A DNA stretch of 64,000 nucleotides from a bacterium (GCA_028820935.1 JAPPHZ010000029.1:151437-215436), one strand, 5' to 3'. Counted from the first letter of the stretch, positions 27,546 to 38,285 are shown. The notes: generated from the letters alone by a model not told the origin. Translations and numbers: made by a program.

Positions 27546-27658
27546 ATGATTATTGGAGAATTGCCTGGTGGCGTCAACCAGGCGCTTGTGAGGCATGCAC
27601 AGCACCCAACCGCCCGAGGCGTCTCAGGCGGAAGCGGCATGCCCGGAAGGAGGTACAC

Positions 27659-28651
27659 GTGGAGCCCGTCCGCTGTGGCGTGGTGGGTGTCGGGATGATG
27701 GGCTCGGTTCATGTCCAGGTCCTCGACGCGCTGCCCGACGCAGATCTGGTCGCATGTTGCGACCTGGATCCGGGCGTTACCGACAGGTTGCCTTCCGGGG
27801 TGCGTTTCTACACCGATCTGGATCATCTGCTGGGAGGCGAGAGTCTCGAAGCGGTCTTCGTCTGCACCCCTCAGGAGCATCACCTCGCGGTGGTAGGCCG
27901 CTGCCTGGAGGCCGGACTTCCGGTTTTCTGCGAGAAGCCGATCGCTCATGACCTGAACGACGCCGATGCCATAATCGGGATTGCCCGGAAGGCGGGCGGA
28001 CGGCTGGCGGTGGGACACACGATGCGTTTCGAGCCCGACTACGTCGCTCTGGCCAGGAGCGTGCACAGAGGGGACATCGGGGATCCGGTCAGCTTGAGCG
28101 CCCGGCGCAACGTGCCGGCATTCGAGGGGCGCCTCCTGGCACACCGGACGACGCTGCCCGTCGAGGTGGGCGTCCATGACCTCGACCTGCTCCGGTGGCT
28201 GGCGGGGGACATCGCTCGGGTTCAGGCCATGCCGGCGTCCACCGCCTCGCTGGGGGAGGGCGCGGTGGACGCGGTCGTGGCAACCCTGCGTTTCGCGGGC
28301 GGAGCGGTCGGGTCGGTGGAGTTCAACTGGGTCATGAACCACCGCTCCGGGCTGGCGGGGGACTACCGGCTGGCCGTCTTCGGCACACGCGGGGCCGGAT
28401 ACGTCGAGATGCGCGATCCGGTGACCAGGGTCTATTCCCTCGAGGAGAATAGGTGGCTCAGGACGCACGGTGCGTTCGACGTGGGTGGCACCGTGGCGGG
28501 TTCGGTCGCCATCGAAGACCGCCACTTCCTGGGCTGGGCCCGGGGCATCCGGGAGTGGCCGGTGTCCTTGGAGGACGCCAGGGCGGCGCTGGAGGTAGCA
28601 CTGGCGTTGGACGAGTCTTCACGGAGCGGTGAGCCGGTGGATGTTTCGTAA
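27659..28651 (+). CDS. Gfo/Idh/MocA-family oxidoreductase (paralog of 11079).
   Basis: GTG start with an AAGGAGG RBS 5 nt upstream. VRCGVVGVGMMGSVH Rossmann and VFCEKPIA motifs. The upstream 57 codons of the ORF were trimmed. Confidence 0.75.
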   Translation: MEPVRCGVVGVGMMGSVHVQVLDALPDADLVACCDLDPGVTDRLPSGVRFYTDLDHLLGGESLEAVFVCTPQEHHLAVVGRCLEAGLPVFCEKPIAHDLNDADAIIGIARKAGGRLAVGHTMRFEPDYVALARSVHRGDIGDPVSLSARRNVPAFEGRLLAHRTTLPVEVGVHDLDLLRWLAGDIARVQAMPASTASLGEGAVDAVVATLRFAGGAVGSVEFNWVMNHRSGLAGDYRLAVFGTRGAGYVEMRDPVTRVYSLEENRWLRTHGAFDVGGTVAGSVAIEDRHFLGWARGIREWPVSLEDARAALEVALALDESSRSGEPVDVS

Positions 28652-28676
28652 CAGTCGTCCCTGAAAGGAGAAAGCT

Positions 28677-29462
28677 GTGAACTACTCGGTGAGGGTCCTG
28701 AGCGTGGGCGAGTCGCTGATCGCGGGACCCGAGGTCTTCTGGATGAGCCACTGGGACAAGATGTACCCGCTGGGGTTCAACGTGACCTTGATACAAGGGG
28801 GAGGGATAACAGCTCTCGTCAACACATCGCCTCCGGACGACACCACGATGGTCGAGGAAGGTTGGCCGAAGATGCGGTACCTCCACGACGCTCCGAAGGG
28901 TGATCTGAAGAGGCAGCCGGAGCACTACATGACCGGTGCCCTCAAGACGGTCGGCCTGACGCCCGATGACATCACCCACGTCTTGCTGACCCCGTTGGAG
29001 CTCTATACCACCGGGACTCTCCACAAGTTCAGATCGGCCCGGATCTGCATCGCCAAGCGGGGCTGGATCCACTTCCACACCACCCATGACCACCCCCACG
29101 ACGACCGCTGGCGGTCGATTCCCAGGGACACCCTGGTGGATCTCGTGACCGACAGTTGGGACCGGGTGCGCCTGCTGGAGGACGAGGACCAGCTCGCTCC
29201 GGGCCTGCGCACCTGGTGGTCGGGGGCCCATCACCGGGAGTCGATCGTGGTGGAGGTGGACACGGCGGTCGGAATGGTCGCCATCTCCGACTCGTACTTC
29301 TTCTACGAGAACGTGGAGGATGGCGAGATGCTGGGGTTGAGCGAGAACATGTACGAGGCGCTCGACTGCTACGCGAGGGTCCGGGCGACGGCTCGGCACA
29401 TCGTCCCTATCCACGATGTGAAAGTCTTCGACCGCTATCCGGGCGGGGTGATCGCGCCATGA
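28677..29462 (+). CDS. Hypothetical protein (261 aa), possibly a metal-dependent hydrolase (His-rich HFHTTHDHPHDD segment).
   Basis: ORF with native composition in operon context. No confident family assignment. Confidence 0.45.
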   Translation: MNYSVRVLSVGESLIAGPEVFWMSHWDKMYPLGFNVTLIQGGGITALVNTSPPDDTTMVEEGWPKMRYLHDAPKGDLKRQPEHYMTGALKTVGLTPDDITHVLLTPLELYTTGTLHKFRSARICIAKRGWIHFHTTHDHPHDDRWRSIPRDTLVDLVTDSWDRVRLLEDEDQLAPGLRTWWSGAHHRESIVVEVDTAVGMVAISDSYFFYENVEDGEMLGLSENMYEALDCYARVRATARHIVPIHDVKVFDRYPGGVIAP

Positions 29463-29502
29463 ACCCGCCGACGTCCCGGCCGTTACACGGCATGGACCAT
29501 GG

Positions 29503-30417
29503 TTGATCGCAAGAGGAGGTGATTCCGTGATAGTCGATGTCCACACCCACATAGGCTGGTACCCGGATCACTGGTCGGAGGAGGCGGCCCAGGAGGCCCT
29601 GGCATCCAAGCTGGTCAAGATGAAGCAGTCCGGGGGTGAGGTCCACAGCGCCCACCTCGACCTGCATTCCTACGATTCGCGGCCCGCGGACCATTGGGAG
29701 GCTGCGGGACCGGCCGACAAGGTAGTGGTGTTCGGGATACAGGCGGAGCCCACGGGGATCGTCGTCCCCAACCGGCTGATCGCCGAATACGTGGCGACCC
29801 ATCCGGACAAGTTGATCGGCTGGGCGTCCGTGAACCCGACCGCGCCGGACGCCATCGACCAGTTGACCCACTGCGTGGAGGACCTAGGTTTGGAAGGCCT
29901 GAAGCTCGGTCCCACCTACCAGCATTTCGATCCGACCGATCGCGCCTACTGGGACTTCTTCCGCAAGTGTGCGGGATACGGCATCCCGATCATATGGCAT
30001 CAGGGCACTACCTTTCCCAGCCGCGCCAGGCTCCGTTGGGCCTTGCCCCTTCAGCTGGAGGACGTGGCCATGGCGTTTCCCGAACTGAGGATGATCATCG
30101 CCCATCTCGGCCATCCTTGGGAGGAGGATGTCGTCGCCCTGATCCGCAAGTCGCCCAACATGTACGCGGACATCTCGGCTGTCCACTACCGGCCGTGGCG
30201 TTACTGGCAGGCGATGGTCACCGCCATGGAGTACGGAGTCGACCACAAGCTGCTACTTGCCTCCGATTACCCCTCCGGCACCATCAACAACGTGATCAAC
30301 GGCCTCAGACATATCAACGACATCGTCGAAGGCACCCGGCTCCCGACCATTCCCGAGGAGATCCAGGACGCGATCATCTACGAGAACTGGCGACGGCCCT
30401 TCCCGGACTGGGAGTGA
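29503..30417 (+). CDS. Amidohydrolase-2 family metal-dependent hydrolase.
   Basis: VIVDVHTHIG, IIAHLGHPWEED and LLASDYP motifs. Paralog of 23516..24379. Confidence 0.8.
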   Translation: MIARGGDSVIVDVHTHIGWYPDHWSEEAAQEALASKLVKMKQSGGEVHSAHLDLHSYDSRPADHWEAAGPADKVVVFGIQAEPTGIVVPNRLIAEYVATHPDKLIGWASVNPTAPDAIDQLTHCVEDLGLEGLKLGPTYQHFDPTDRAYWDFFRKCAGYGIPIIWHQGTTFPSRARLRWALPLQLEDVAMAFPELRMIIAHLGHPWEEDVVALIRKSPNMYADISAVHYRPWRYWQAMVTAMEYGVDHKLLLASDYPSGTINNVINGLRHINDIVEGTRLPTIPEEIQDAIIYENWRRPFPDWE

Positions 30418-30435
30418 CCGGCCCGAAGGCCGGAT

Positions 30436-32454
30436 TCAACCTTCTGCCGCTGGGGTATCGAGGATCGAGAAGTCGTACATGCCGACCTGGGCATCCTTGA
30501 CGTCCCTCGGTATCTGGTAGTGCGAGGGTGGGTTCCCGTCCCGCTCCATGGTTCCGGGATCCCGGCCCAGGAAGTCGTGCAGGACGCCGCCCGAACTATG
30601 GCGGGGTGGGGGGATGCCGAGCACGTGCGCGATGGTCGGGGCGATGTCCTTGAGCCAGGCGGGACCCAACAGATCCGGATCCCTCCGGTACCCGCGGCCG
30701 GCGGGACCTCCCACCATCGCCAGGATCGCCATGTTCGACGAAAGAGAAGTGGAGGCGGTGGGGAGGACGTGGCCGTGGGCGGCGGTCTCCGGTGGGGGAT
30801 GGTCCGAGAACACCGGCGATGGCGCGTCGCCGTGCCAGTGGGGCGCCACGTCGCTCTCTATCGCCGCGTCGATGATCTCGGAGTCGATGTGGGCTTCCGT
30901 GTCCCATACGTAGCCGGATTCCAGGATGACCAGGATGTCACCCGCGTCGGGACCGTACCACCCGAGCAGCGCGGCCTCCCGCTTCGGTAGCGCCAGCGCG
31001 ATCGGGGTCTTGCCGGTACCGGGATCGACCAGGGTGCGAAGATCCCGGATCACCTCTGCCATCACCGCCCCGGCCTGCTCGGGCTCAAGCGCCGGGTTGA
31101 GGCGTATCTCCGGTGCGTTGAGGCGGTCGGGGACGTAGACCTGGGTCCGGTCCCAGTCAGTGTTGCCCTCGTCGATGGAGCCATCCGCGTCCACGAGCAC
31201 CGTCCGTCCGGTCTCCACGAAGTAGCGGCGGAAGTTGATCATCCGGTCCACGGGCAGGTTGCCGTGGTCGGCAACCAGGATGAGCAGGTCGTCGCCTTGG
31301 AGGCCTTCGAGGACGATGCCGAGCGCCTCGTCGATCATGTCCAGAGCGTCGTGGATCACCTCCAGGTGTTCTTCCGCTCCGTCTGCCCGGTAGTGGGGCC
31401 ACTCGGGGTCCACGTGCCCGAGGTGCAGGTGGTTGACCCAGTCCAGCCAGTGCCAGTGGAATCCCACCAGCGAGCACCCGTGGCGGTCCAGCAGCTCGAG
31501 CATGGCGCGGGCGAACCAGCGGATCTGGTAGCGGGCCTCGTCGGCCATGGTTTCGTAGTCGGCCGCGCCCCCGAGCGCGGCGATCTCGCTGACGTGTTCC
31601 TGGTAGGGCCCGAGCTGCCGGGTGAGGGCGTCGAGAATCCAACCGGGTTCGGAAGGTCCGTTGACCGGCAGCACCTGGCTGCGCCACAGGTGGAACTCTC
31701 CGGTGCGTGGGTCGCAGCGGATCAGCCGTATCCGCGTCCGTCCGTCAACGGAGGCGACCGGGACCACGAACCAGTCGCTCCATTCTCCCGCGGAGGTGGC
31801 GGCCAGCAGGTCGTTCCCGTCGCGGGAGAGGCTGAGCACGATGCGGTCGTACCGGTCATCGCCGGTGACGGCGAACGGCACCTCGGTGACGGCGGCGCCC
31901 ACCTTGGCGACTATCTCCAGCGTGCCGGTCCGGGGCTCCAGACCGCCTCCGAGATTGGTCCATCGGGACTGGGACTCGAAATCGACCCGGCGGGAGATGG
32001 GGAGGTAGGCGTCGGTGCAGTATCCCTGACCCGACACCAGTTCGAAGGGGGTCTGGCCGTAGTCGGGCAAAGCGCAGCCGTCGATCACGAAGCCGTTCTC
32101 CAGGCGGGACGGCCACGATGCCGGGTAGTGCACCAGCCCGACCTTCAAGCCGGCCCGGTCGGCGGCCTCCCACAAGGTCTCGCTCTTCAGCGCCGAGGAG
32201 TGGAAGCTGGTAAGCCATCGGCCATCGGGCAGGGACACCTCCCAGCTGATCACTCCGTGCGCGCCGGGATCCGCCCCAGTGGCGATGGTGGCCCAATTGG
32301 TGGGTGTCCAGGCGGGCCAGCAGGGGATGGCTTCTGACACCGCACCTTCACCGTGGAGGACCCGCTCCAGGTTCGGGTAGGTACGCAGGCCCATCAAGTG
32401 CTCGGTGAGGGGCAGGATCATCTGGTCGATCCCGAAGAGCAGCACCCGCGTCAT
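30436..32454 (-). CDS. Alkaline-phosphatase-superfamily protein (type I phosphodiesterase / nucleotide pyrophosphatase-like).
   Basis: N-terminal LLFGIDQM...AWTPTNWATIATGADPGAHGV resembles the NPP metal-site region. 672 aa. Confidence 0.55.
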   Translation of the reverse strand: MTRVLLFGIDQMILPLTEHLMGLRTYPNLERVLHGEGAVSEAIPCWPAWTPTNWATIATGADPGAHGVISWEVSLPDGRWLTSFHSSALKSETLWEAADRAGLKVGLVHYPASWPSRLENGFVIDGCALPDYGQTPFELVSGQGYCTDAYLPISRRVDFESQSRWTNLGGGLEPRTGTLEIVAKVGAAVTEVPFAVTGDDRYDRIVLSLSRDGNDLLAATSAGEWSDWFVVPVASVDGRTRIRLIRCDPRTGEFHLWRSQVLPVNGPSEPGWILDALTRQLGPYQEHVSEIAALGGAADYETMADEARYQIRWFARAMLELLDRHGCSLVGFHWHWLDWVNHLHLGHVDPEWPHYRADGAEEHLEVIHDALDMIDEALGIVLEGLQGDDLLILVADHGNLPVDRMINFRRYFVETGRTVLVDADGSIDEGNTDWDRTQVYVPDRLNAPEIRLNPALEPEQAGAVMAEVIRDLRTLVDPGTGKTPIALALPKREAALLGWYGPDAGDILVILESGYVWDTEAHIDSEIIDAAIESDVAPHWHGDAPSPVFSDHPPPETAAHGHVLPTASTSLSSNMAILAMVGGPAGRGYRRDPDLLGPAWLKDIAPTIAHVLGIPPPRHSSGGVLHDFLGRDPGTMERDGNPPSHYQIPRDVKDAQVGMYDFSILDTPAAEG

Positions 32455-32485
32455 CGCACGGCCCGGCGGGCGCGGGAAGGTGAGG

Positions 32486-34072
32486 TCACGAGAGGAGCCG
32501 TTCGAGGACGTTCCGGGTCACCTTCGAGACCTGGTCGTCGACCGCGATCGAGCAGGTGTAGGAGATCGAACCCACCGAGAAGACCTCCCCACCGCTCGCC
32601 GTCCGATGATGGACCATCTCCGCTCCGCCGCCGTCGGGATTGGTTCCCTTGGCGATCAGCCTGATTCCGGGCGGGGACGAGGGTGTCCGCTTGTCGGTCT
32701 CGTGCCCGGACGCGCCGCCGGGCGCCCGCCGGTCGAGCGACTCCGTGCCGAAAAGGTCACCTTCGGCGAGGCCGGTACCTGCCAGGGCCCAGTGCGACGG
32801 GTCGATCACCTGGTAGGGGGCGCCCGTCTCGTAGCCCGTGTGGGTGGTCACCACGCCGGTCAGGTGGGCTTCTGACTCGTGCCGGGTCCCGAACCGGCTC
32901 TCGTAACCGGGCGGGCGCTTGCGGTGGTCGTTGTTCCGCACGGTGATCGTTGTCCGGTCCAGGAACTCCACCTCGCAATTGAGGCTGTTGCCCCCCAGCA
33001 CCATCAGCTTCCCGCCGCCGTCAAACACCCACGACTTCACCTGGTAGTACATCTTGGCCGACCAGTACTCGGGATGGGTGCTGACGATCAGCACCTCGTA
33101 ATCCTCAAGGGGCATCTCGTCGAAATGCAGCTGCGTCTCGGCGTAGTAGTCGTAGCCGAACCCTTCCCGCTCGAGCCATCCGAGCAGGCGCCATTCGGCG
33201 GGCGCGACGTGTTCCTCGCCCCGGCGTTCCATGGGATCGGTGATGGAACCGTGCTCGGATGTCATGTTGAGCGGCTCCGGGCGGTCGAACGACAGCGGGT
33301 CGTACTCATCCGCTATCCACGGCTGGAGGGCAGGGTCCGTGTAGTACACCTCCTCCTGGCGGAAGTTGTAGTGAGGCCGGGGAGAGAGCTTGATGGCGGA
33401 TACGTAGTTGCTGCGCCCGCCGTAGTGGTTGTAGCAGTTCCAGTTGATGTTGGACGCGAGGACGGCGAGCGGGTGCCGCGGTTTCCGGGGGGCCACTATC
33501 CACGGGAACGAGAAGAAGGCGCCGGTCGCGTCCTTGGCGTGGAAGTAGTAGAGACCCGATCGCTCGGGCGCCTCCACGTACACCCTGGGGTCGACCTCGG
33601 GGAACGAGTAACCGTGGTCGCTCCACTTCACGCCCTTCTGGGTCAGGTCGCCGTCCGGGAGTATCTGGGCATAGGCGCCGCGAGGCTCGTCATCGAAGTG
33701 ACCCAGCTTCGAGATGAACTCACGCTCCCACCCGTACCGCCAGAGGCTCACCACCGAGTTGTACGGCGAGTGGAGGCGGACCTGACCCACCTCCCCGGAT
33801 CTCGTCCACTTGGGCCACACGTAACCGCTGAGGTTGTCCGACAGCAGCCGGAAGTGGTGGATCCGGCCCTCCACGACCTCCATGTCGACCCACTTGGGTG
33901 TGAAGCCCGGGCAGGTCAGGTAGACGCGGTAGGCGCCGGGTTCCACGCCGGCATGAATCGATCCGGATGCGCGGGAGCGGGCCCTGACCGAGGTCTTACC
34001 CCTCGTGAACTCCACATCGACGTTCGGGATCGCGACGTAGAACTCGTCGCTCACGTATCCGACCAGCACCAT
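32486..34072 (-). CDS. Hypothetical protein (528 aa), possibly N,N-dimethylformamidase large-subunit-like.
   Basis: Long ORF with native composition. Only a weak recollection of the DMFase beta-subunit family supports the call. Confidence 0.35.
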   Translation of the reverse strand: MVLVGYVSDEFYVAIPNVDVEFTRGKTSVRARSRASGSIHAGVEPGAYRVYLTCPGFTPKWVDMEVVEGRIHHFRLLSDNLSGYVWPKWTRSGEVGQVRLHSPYNSVVSLWRYGWEREFISKLGHFDDEPRGAYAQILPDGDLTQKGVKWSDHGYSFPEVDPRVYVEAPERSGLYYFHAKDATGAFFSFPWIVAPRKPRHPLAVLASNINWNCYNHYGGRSNYVSAIKLSPRPHYNFRQEEVYYTDPALQPWIADEYDPLSFDRPEPLNMTSEHGSITDPMERRGEEHVAPAEWRLLGWLEREGFGYDYYAETQLHFDEMPLEDYEVLIVSTHPEYWSAKMYYQVKSWVFDGGGKLMVLGGNSLNCEVEFLDRTTITVRNNDHRKRPPGYESRFGTRHESEAHLTGVVTTHTGYETGAPYQVIDPSHWALAGTGLAEGDLFGTESLDRRAPGGASGHETDKRTPSSPPGIRLIAKGTNPDGGGAEMVHHRTASGGEVFSVGSISYTCSIAVDDQVSKVTRNVLERLLS

Positions 34073-34164
34073 CCACCTCCGCGGCTCCCACCGGAGCGCC
34101 GGCTCCGAGCCCTTCTCATTATGGCGGACAGCGCGCCGGCGGACCCGTCCGGAACGGTCCGGTA

Positions 34165-35220
34165 TTACTGGACAGCTTCGTGTTTCCTGGTCAGGAGTCG
34201 GGCCGGGTTGGTGACCAGCAGCTTGTCGATCAACTGGTCGCCGACCTCGTAGGTCAGCTTCATCCTCGGTACGACCCGGGCGAGGACGTGGTTGTAGCCG
34301 AACCCGCCATAGCGGAGCAGGTAATGCTTCTTATGCATGTCCTGGGCCATGATCAACTGATCCTCGAAACCGTCCTCGGCCAGGGCGAGCATGGTCTCGA
34401 GCTTGGCCTGGTCGCTCTTGGACTTCCAAGTGGGTTCGAAGTAGCCGTCCTGGCCGAAACTGTCGAACCCCACCAGCGGTCCGCGCTCCAAGACGGCCCT
34501 GTGGTAGTCGAGATCGGTGATCTCGTCGAGGTGGGAGAGAGAGGTCCGGTCGAGGGGTTGCCCCTCCTCCTCGAGTATGTCGAGGATGCGCAGCACGACC
34601 TCCAGCGCAGGAGGGTGGCAGTGCACGTTGATCGCCGTGTCCGTCTCGACCGCGACGCGGGCGGAAGCCCGCAGGACCCGCTCCTCCACGTCGAACAGCG
34701 TCTCCGACGTGCCTATCTCTCCGATGATTCCCGGACGGATCGATGTACCTCCTATGCCTTCTGTCACCTCGCGCCGGAGGAACTCGGTCAGGTCGGACAC
34801 GCTCATATTCTCCACCCACGGGGGATGCAGTGCTCGGACATAGAAGCCGGTACCGGCCACGATGTGGAGATCGAGGTCGGCGGACAACCGGGCCAGGGCC
34901 TCGGGCGCCGGGCTGAGGCCGATGGTCGTCAACTCCACGATCGTGCCACCACCCGCCCGCACGTACTCACCGACCTCCTCGGAGATCAACTCGTAGTCGT
35001 CATCGGGGCTCTGGACCAGATTCTGCCGGTAGGCCGACTGGTTCCAGCGGCTGATCCCGGCCAGACGCACCTCGAAGGGCCGGTCGGCGGCCTCGGAATC
35101 GATTATTTCAGGGGACGGACTCCAGGCATGGCGGGAGTCGACGAAGATGTGCTCGTGGGTCATGGTCGGGCCCAGCCCCGACGGGCTGATGGGCCCCCGG
35201 ACTGTCATCACGTGCGGCAT
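34165..35220 (-). CDS. Phosphotriesterase-family protein (PTE homology; amidohydrolase superfamily).
   Basis: GPTMTHEHIF signature and TIM-barrel metal ligands. Start set at MPHVMTV because a GGAGG RBS sits 5 nt upstream. Confidence 0.75.
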   Translation of the reverse strand: MPHVMTVRGPISPSGLGPTMTHEHIFVDSRHAWSPSPEIIDSEAADRPFEVRLAGISRWNQSAYRQNLVQSPDDDYELISEEVGEYVRAGGGTIVELTTIGLSPAPEALARLSADLDLHIVAGTGFYVRALHPPWVENMSVSDLTEFLRREVTEGIGGTSIRPGIIGEIGTSETLFDVEERVLRASARVAVETDTAINVHCHPPALEVVLRILDILEEEGQPLDRTSLSHLDEITDLDYHRAVLERGPLVGFDSFGQDGYFEPTWKSKSDQAKLETMLALAEDGFEDQLIMAQDMHKKHYLLRYGGFGYNHVLARVVPRMKLTYEVGDQLIDKLLVTNPARLLTRKHEAVQ

Positions 35221-35369
35221 GGGCACCTCCGACACGGCCATCGTCCGCGCCATCCTATCCGGGGGCGCTCCATCTATGCCGAGGACGATCCTGTCCCGTG
35301 GATCGGCGGGCCCGGACATCCGAGCCTCTCAACTCGCGGAGGGTGATGTGAACCCGATGACCGTCCTAG

Positions 35370-36473
35370 CTAGTAGCGGACCAGGCTCCGGATGCCTTCT
35401 CCGATTTCGAACTGGTGGAGAGCGCCGTTGATGTCCTCCTGGTCGATCTCGGCGGTGATCAGTTCGTCCAGCAGGAGTTTGCCGGCCTTGTACAACTCGA
35501 CATAGCGGGGGATGTCGAAGGCGGGCCGCAGCGAGCCGTAGTAGCAGCCCAAGAGCTTGCGCTCGTCGATCAGAAGGCCCATGTCGACGGTGAGTTCGGA
35601 CCCGTACGGTGCGACGCCCACCTGCACGGCCGTGCCTCCCCGGCAGAGCGAACGGACCGCAGTGGCCACGGTCTCGGGATCGCCGATCGCCTCCACCGCC
35701 AGGTCCACCCCGAGTCCGCCGGTCATGGCGATGAGGGTCTCGGCCGTCTCCACTTCGGAGGCGTTCACCGTATGGGTGGCGCCGAAGCGTCGGGCGGCTT
35801 CGAGCTTGTGCTCGGCGATGTCGACTCCGATTATCTTCCCGGCGCCCCGCAGCCGCGCTCCCTGGATGGCGTTGAGTCCGATGCCCCCGCAGCCGATGAC
35901 GGCGACGCTGTCGCCGAGTTGCACGTTGCCCGTGTTGACGACAGCTCCGACCCCGGTGGAGACGGCGCAGCCGATCACGGCGAGGGGCTCGAGGGGAACA
36001 CCGTCCGGGACCGGGATCGCTGCCGGAGCCGGCACGGTCACCTCCCGAGAGTAGGTGGACAACATCATGCTGTGGCTGATCGTCTCGCCGTTGCTGCCCG
36101 TGAACCGGCTGGTCCAGTCTTGCAACCGCCCCTCCCAGGAGGGTCCGATCGCGGTCATGCACAGCGCAGGGCGTCCTGTGGCGCAGTACCTGCATGTGCC
36201 GCACGGCGCAACCCACGAAAGGACCACACGGTCGCCGACCTGGACGGTCGAGGGGCCGGGTCCGACGGCGGCCACGATGCCGGCTCCCTCGTGGCCGCAG
36301 ATGAGCGGCAGGTTGACGGGAATGTGACCCTGCACCAGATGCAGATCGCTGTGGCACACGCCGCTTGACACCATCCGGACGAGAACCTCGTTGGCCTTGG
36401 GTTCTTCCAGTTCGACCTCTTCGACGACCAGCGGAGTGTTGAACTCGCGCAGCACCGCTGCTCTTGTCCTCAT
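35370..36473 (-). CDS. Zn-dependent alcohol dehydrogenase (copy 1 of a tandem pair).
   Basis: GVCHSDLH motif and structural-Zn cysteines (CGTCRYC). About 88% amino-acid identity to 37098..38201. Confidence 0.85.
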   Translation of the reverse strand: MRTRAAVLREFNTPLVVEEVELEEPKANEVLVRMVSSGVCHSDLHLVQGHIPVNLPLICGHEGAGIVAAVGPGPSTVQVGDRVVLSWVAPCGTCRYCATGRPALCMTAIGPSWEGRLQDWTSRFTGSNGETISHSMMLSTYSREVTVPAPAAIPVPDGVPLEPLAVIGCAVSTGVGAVVNTGNVQLGDSVAVIGCGGIGLNAIQGARLRGAGKIIGVDIAEHKLEAARRFGATHTVNASEVETAETLIAMTGGLGVDLAVEAIGDPETVATAVRSLCRGGTAVQVGVAPYGSELTVDMGLLIDERKLLGCYYGSLRPAFDIPRYVELYKAGKLLLDELITAEIDQEDINGALHQFEIGEGIRSLVRY

Positions 36474-36753
36474 CCAGATCCTCCTTGCACGGAGCGCTGC
36501 CTGGGGCGTACCTCACGCCGCTGCTTGCGGACCTGAGTGGTCTGTCTGGCAAACGACTTGGCGTGCTCTGCTTGCCATCGACGTCCCTCGCTGCGTTCCG
36601 CCTCCTTGACGTACCGCTGCGGGTACGCCTTCGTCGGCGGGCCTTGCGAGGAACGCCGCTGCCGTCGCATTTCGCGCCGCCGCTCACCCGGCAGACCACC
36701 GGATAGCCTCCCGCAAGCGTAGGCGATGTCGCATAGCGAGGGAGGACTACTGA

Positions 36754-36855
36754 ATGAGATACGGGATCGGCGCCGTCAACTCACTCCTGATCGATGACTC
36801 CACCGCCATGCCCGACATCTACCGGCTGCGGAAGACCGCGGCTACGACTTGCTGA
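36754..36855 (+). pseudogene. Truncated relic of an LLM-oxidoreductase 5' end (MRYGIGAVNSLLIDDSTAM...), duplicated from 38286.
   Basis: About 85% nt identity to the start of the intact LLM gene. An internal deletion creates a premature stop. Confidence 0.6.
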
Positions 36856-37097
36856 CCCTGATCGATCACGTCCTGCTCGCCGACCCGGCCGCTAGCCCCG
36901 ATTATTCATGGATGGGGGTTTGTGGGGGAGCTCGGAATGGGTGCTTCGTGGTCCTGACCGGGGGCTATAGCCATTTGACAGCCCCATCTTCCGGCCGGGT
37001 GTGGAATCAACCGCCGGGTGAAGGGTGGCTGCTCGCGAACGATGTCGTTGAAGTGGCCTGAATCGGGTTGGTGTGCTGGGAACAGGAATAATCAGGA

Positions 37098-38201
37098 CTA
37101 GTAAAGGACCAGGCTCCGGATGCCTTCTCCACGGTCGAACTGGTTGAGCGCGTCGTTGATGCCGTCCTGGCCGATCTCGGCGGTGATCAGTTCGTCTACC
37201 AGGAGTTTGCCGGCCTGGTACAACTCGACATAGCGGGGGATGTCGAAGGTAGGCCGCAGCGAGCCGTAGTAGCACCCGAGGAGCTTGCGCTCGTCGAGCA
37301 GCAGGGTCATGTCGACGGAGACCTCGGTTCCGTATGGCGCTATCCCGACCTGCACGGCCGTGCCGCCCCGGCGAAGCGAACGGACCGCAGTGGCCACGGT
37401 CTCGGGATGGCCGATCGCCTCTACCGCCAGGTCCACCCCGAGTCCGCCGGTCATGGCGATGAGCGTTTCCGAGGCCTCCACCTCCGAAGCGTTCACGGTA
37501 TGGGTGGCGCCGAAACGTCGGGCCGCTTCGAGCTTTTCCTCGCTGATGTCGACTCCGATTATCTTCCCGGCGCCCCGCAGCCGCGCTCCCTGGATGGCGT
37601 TGAGTCCGACACCCCCGCAGCCGATGACGGCAACGCTGTCGCCGAGTTGCACATCGCCGGTGTTGACGACAGCTCCGACCCCGGTGGAGACGGCGCATCC
37701 GATCACGGCGAGGGGCTCCAGCGGAACATCGTCCGGAACCCTGATCGCGGCCGAAGCCGGCACGGTCACCTCCCGGGAGAAGGTCGACAGCATCAGGTGG
37801 TGGCTGATGGTTGTCCCGTCGGGGGCTGTGAAGCGGCTCGTTCCGTCGTAGAGTTGGCCCTCGTAGGAGGGTCCGATGGCGGTCATGCACAGGGCCGGGT
37901 TTCCTGTGGCGCAATAGTTGCAGTTGCCGCACGGCGAGACCCAGGAGAGGACCACCCGGTCGCCGACCTGCACGGTGGACGGTCCGGGCCCTACCGCGGT
38001 CACGATCCCGGCGCCCTCGTGGCCGCAAATGATCGGCAGGTTCACGGGGATATGGCCCTGCACGATATGCAGATCACTGTGGCATACCCCGCTCGACACC
38101 ATCTCCACCGAGACCTCGTTGGCCTTGGGTGCTTGCAGCTCGACCTCCTCGACCACCAACGGGGTGTTGAACTCGTGAAGTACCGCCGCTCTCGTTCTCA
38201 T
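37098..38201 (-). CDS. Zn-dependent alcohol dehydrogenase (copy 2).
   Basis: Same motifs as copy 1. Confidence 0.85.
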   Translation of the reverse strand: MRTRAAVLHEFNTPLVVEEVELQAPKANEVSVEMVSSGVCHSDLHIVQGHIPVNLPIICGHEGAGIVTAVGPGPSTVQVGDRVVLSWVSPCGNCNYCATGNPALCMTAIGPSYEGQLYDGTSRFTAPDGTTISHHLMLSTFSREVTVPASAAIRVPDDVPLEPLAVIGCAVSTGVGAVVNTGDVQLGDSVAVIGCGGVGLNAIQGARLRGAGKIIGVDISEEKLEAARRFGATHTVNASEVEASETLIAMTGGLGVDLAVEAIGHPETVATAVRSLRRGGTAVQVGIAPYGTEVSVDMTLLLDERKLLGCYYGSLRPTFDIPRYVELYQAGKLLVDELITAEIGQDGINDALNQFDRGEGIRSLVLY

Positions 38202-38285
38202 TCCCGATCCTCCGTCTCCAGTGGTACCCGTACCGGAAGGTAGCCTCCTTAAGGCTACGGGATGCGGACTGGAGGAGCATGCAAA

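Noticed and set aside
36900-37097. Lower-GC joint sequence between the duplicated ADH segments, examined for a small gene or mobile-element end.
   Set aside because: Contains only a 20-codon ORF (MDGGLWGSSEWVLRGPDRGL) and no repeats or motifs. Treated as the duplication junction.
35329-38028. Long Arg-rich minus-strand ORFs (456 aa and 378 aa) overlapping the two ADH copies in another frame.
   Set aside because: The alternative frames of the ADH genes have extreme Arg/Pro/Gly content and no domain signatures.
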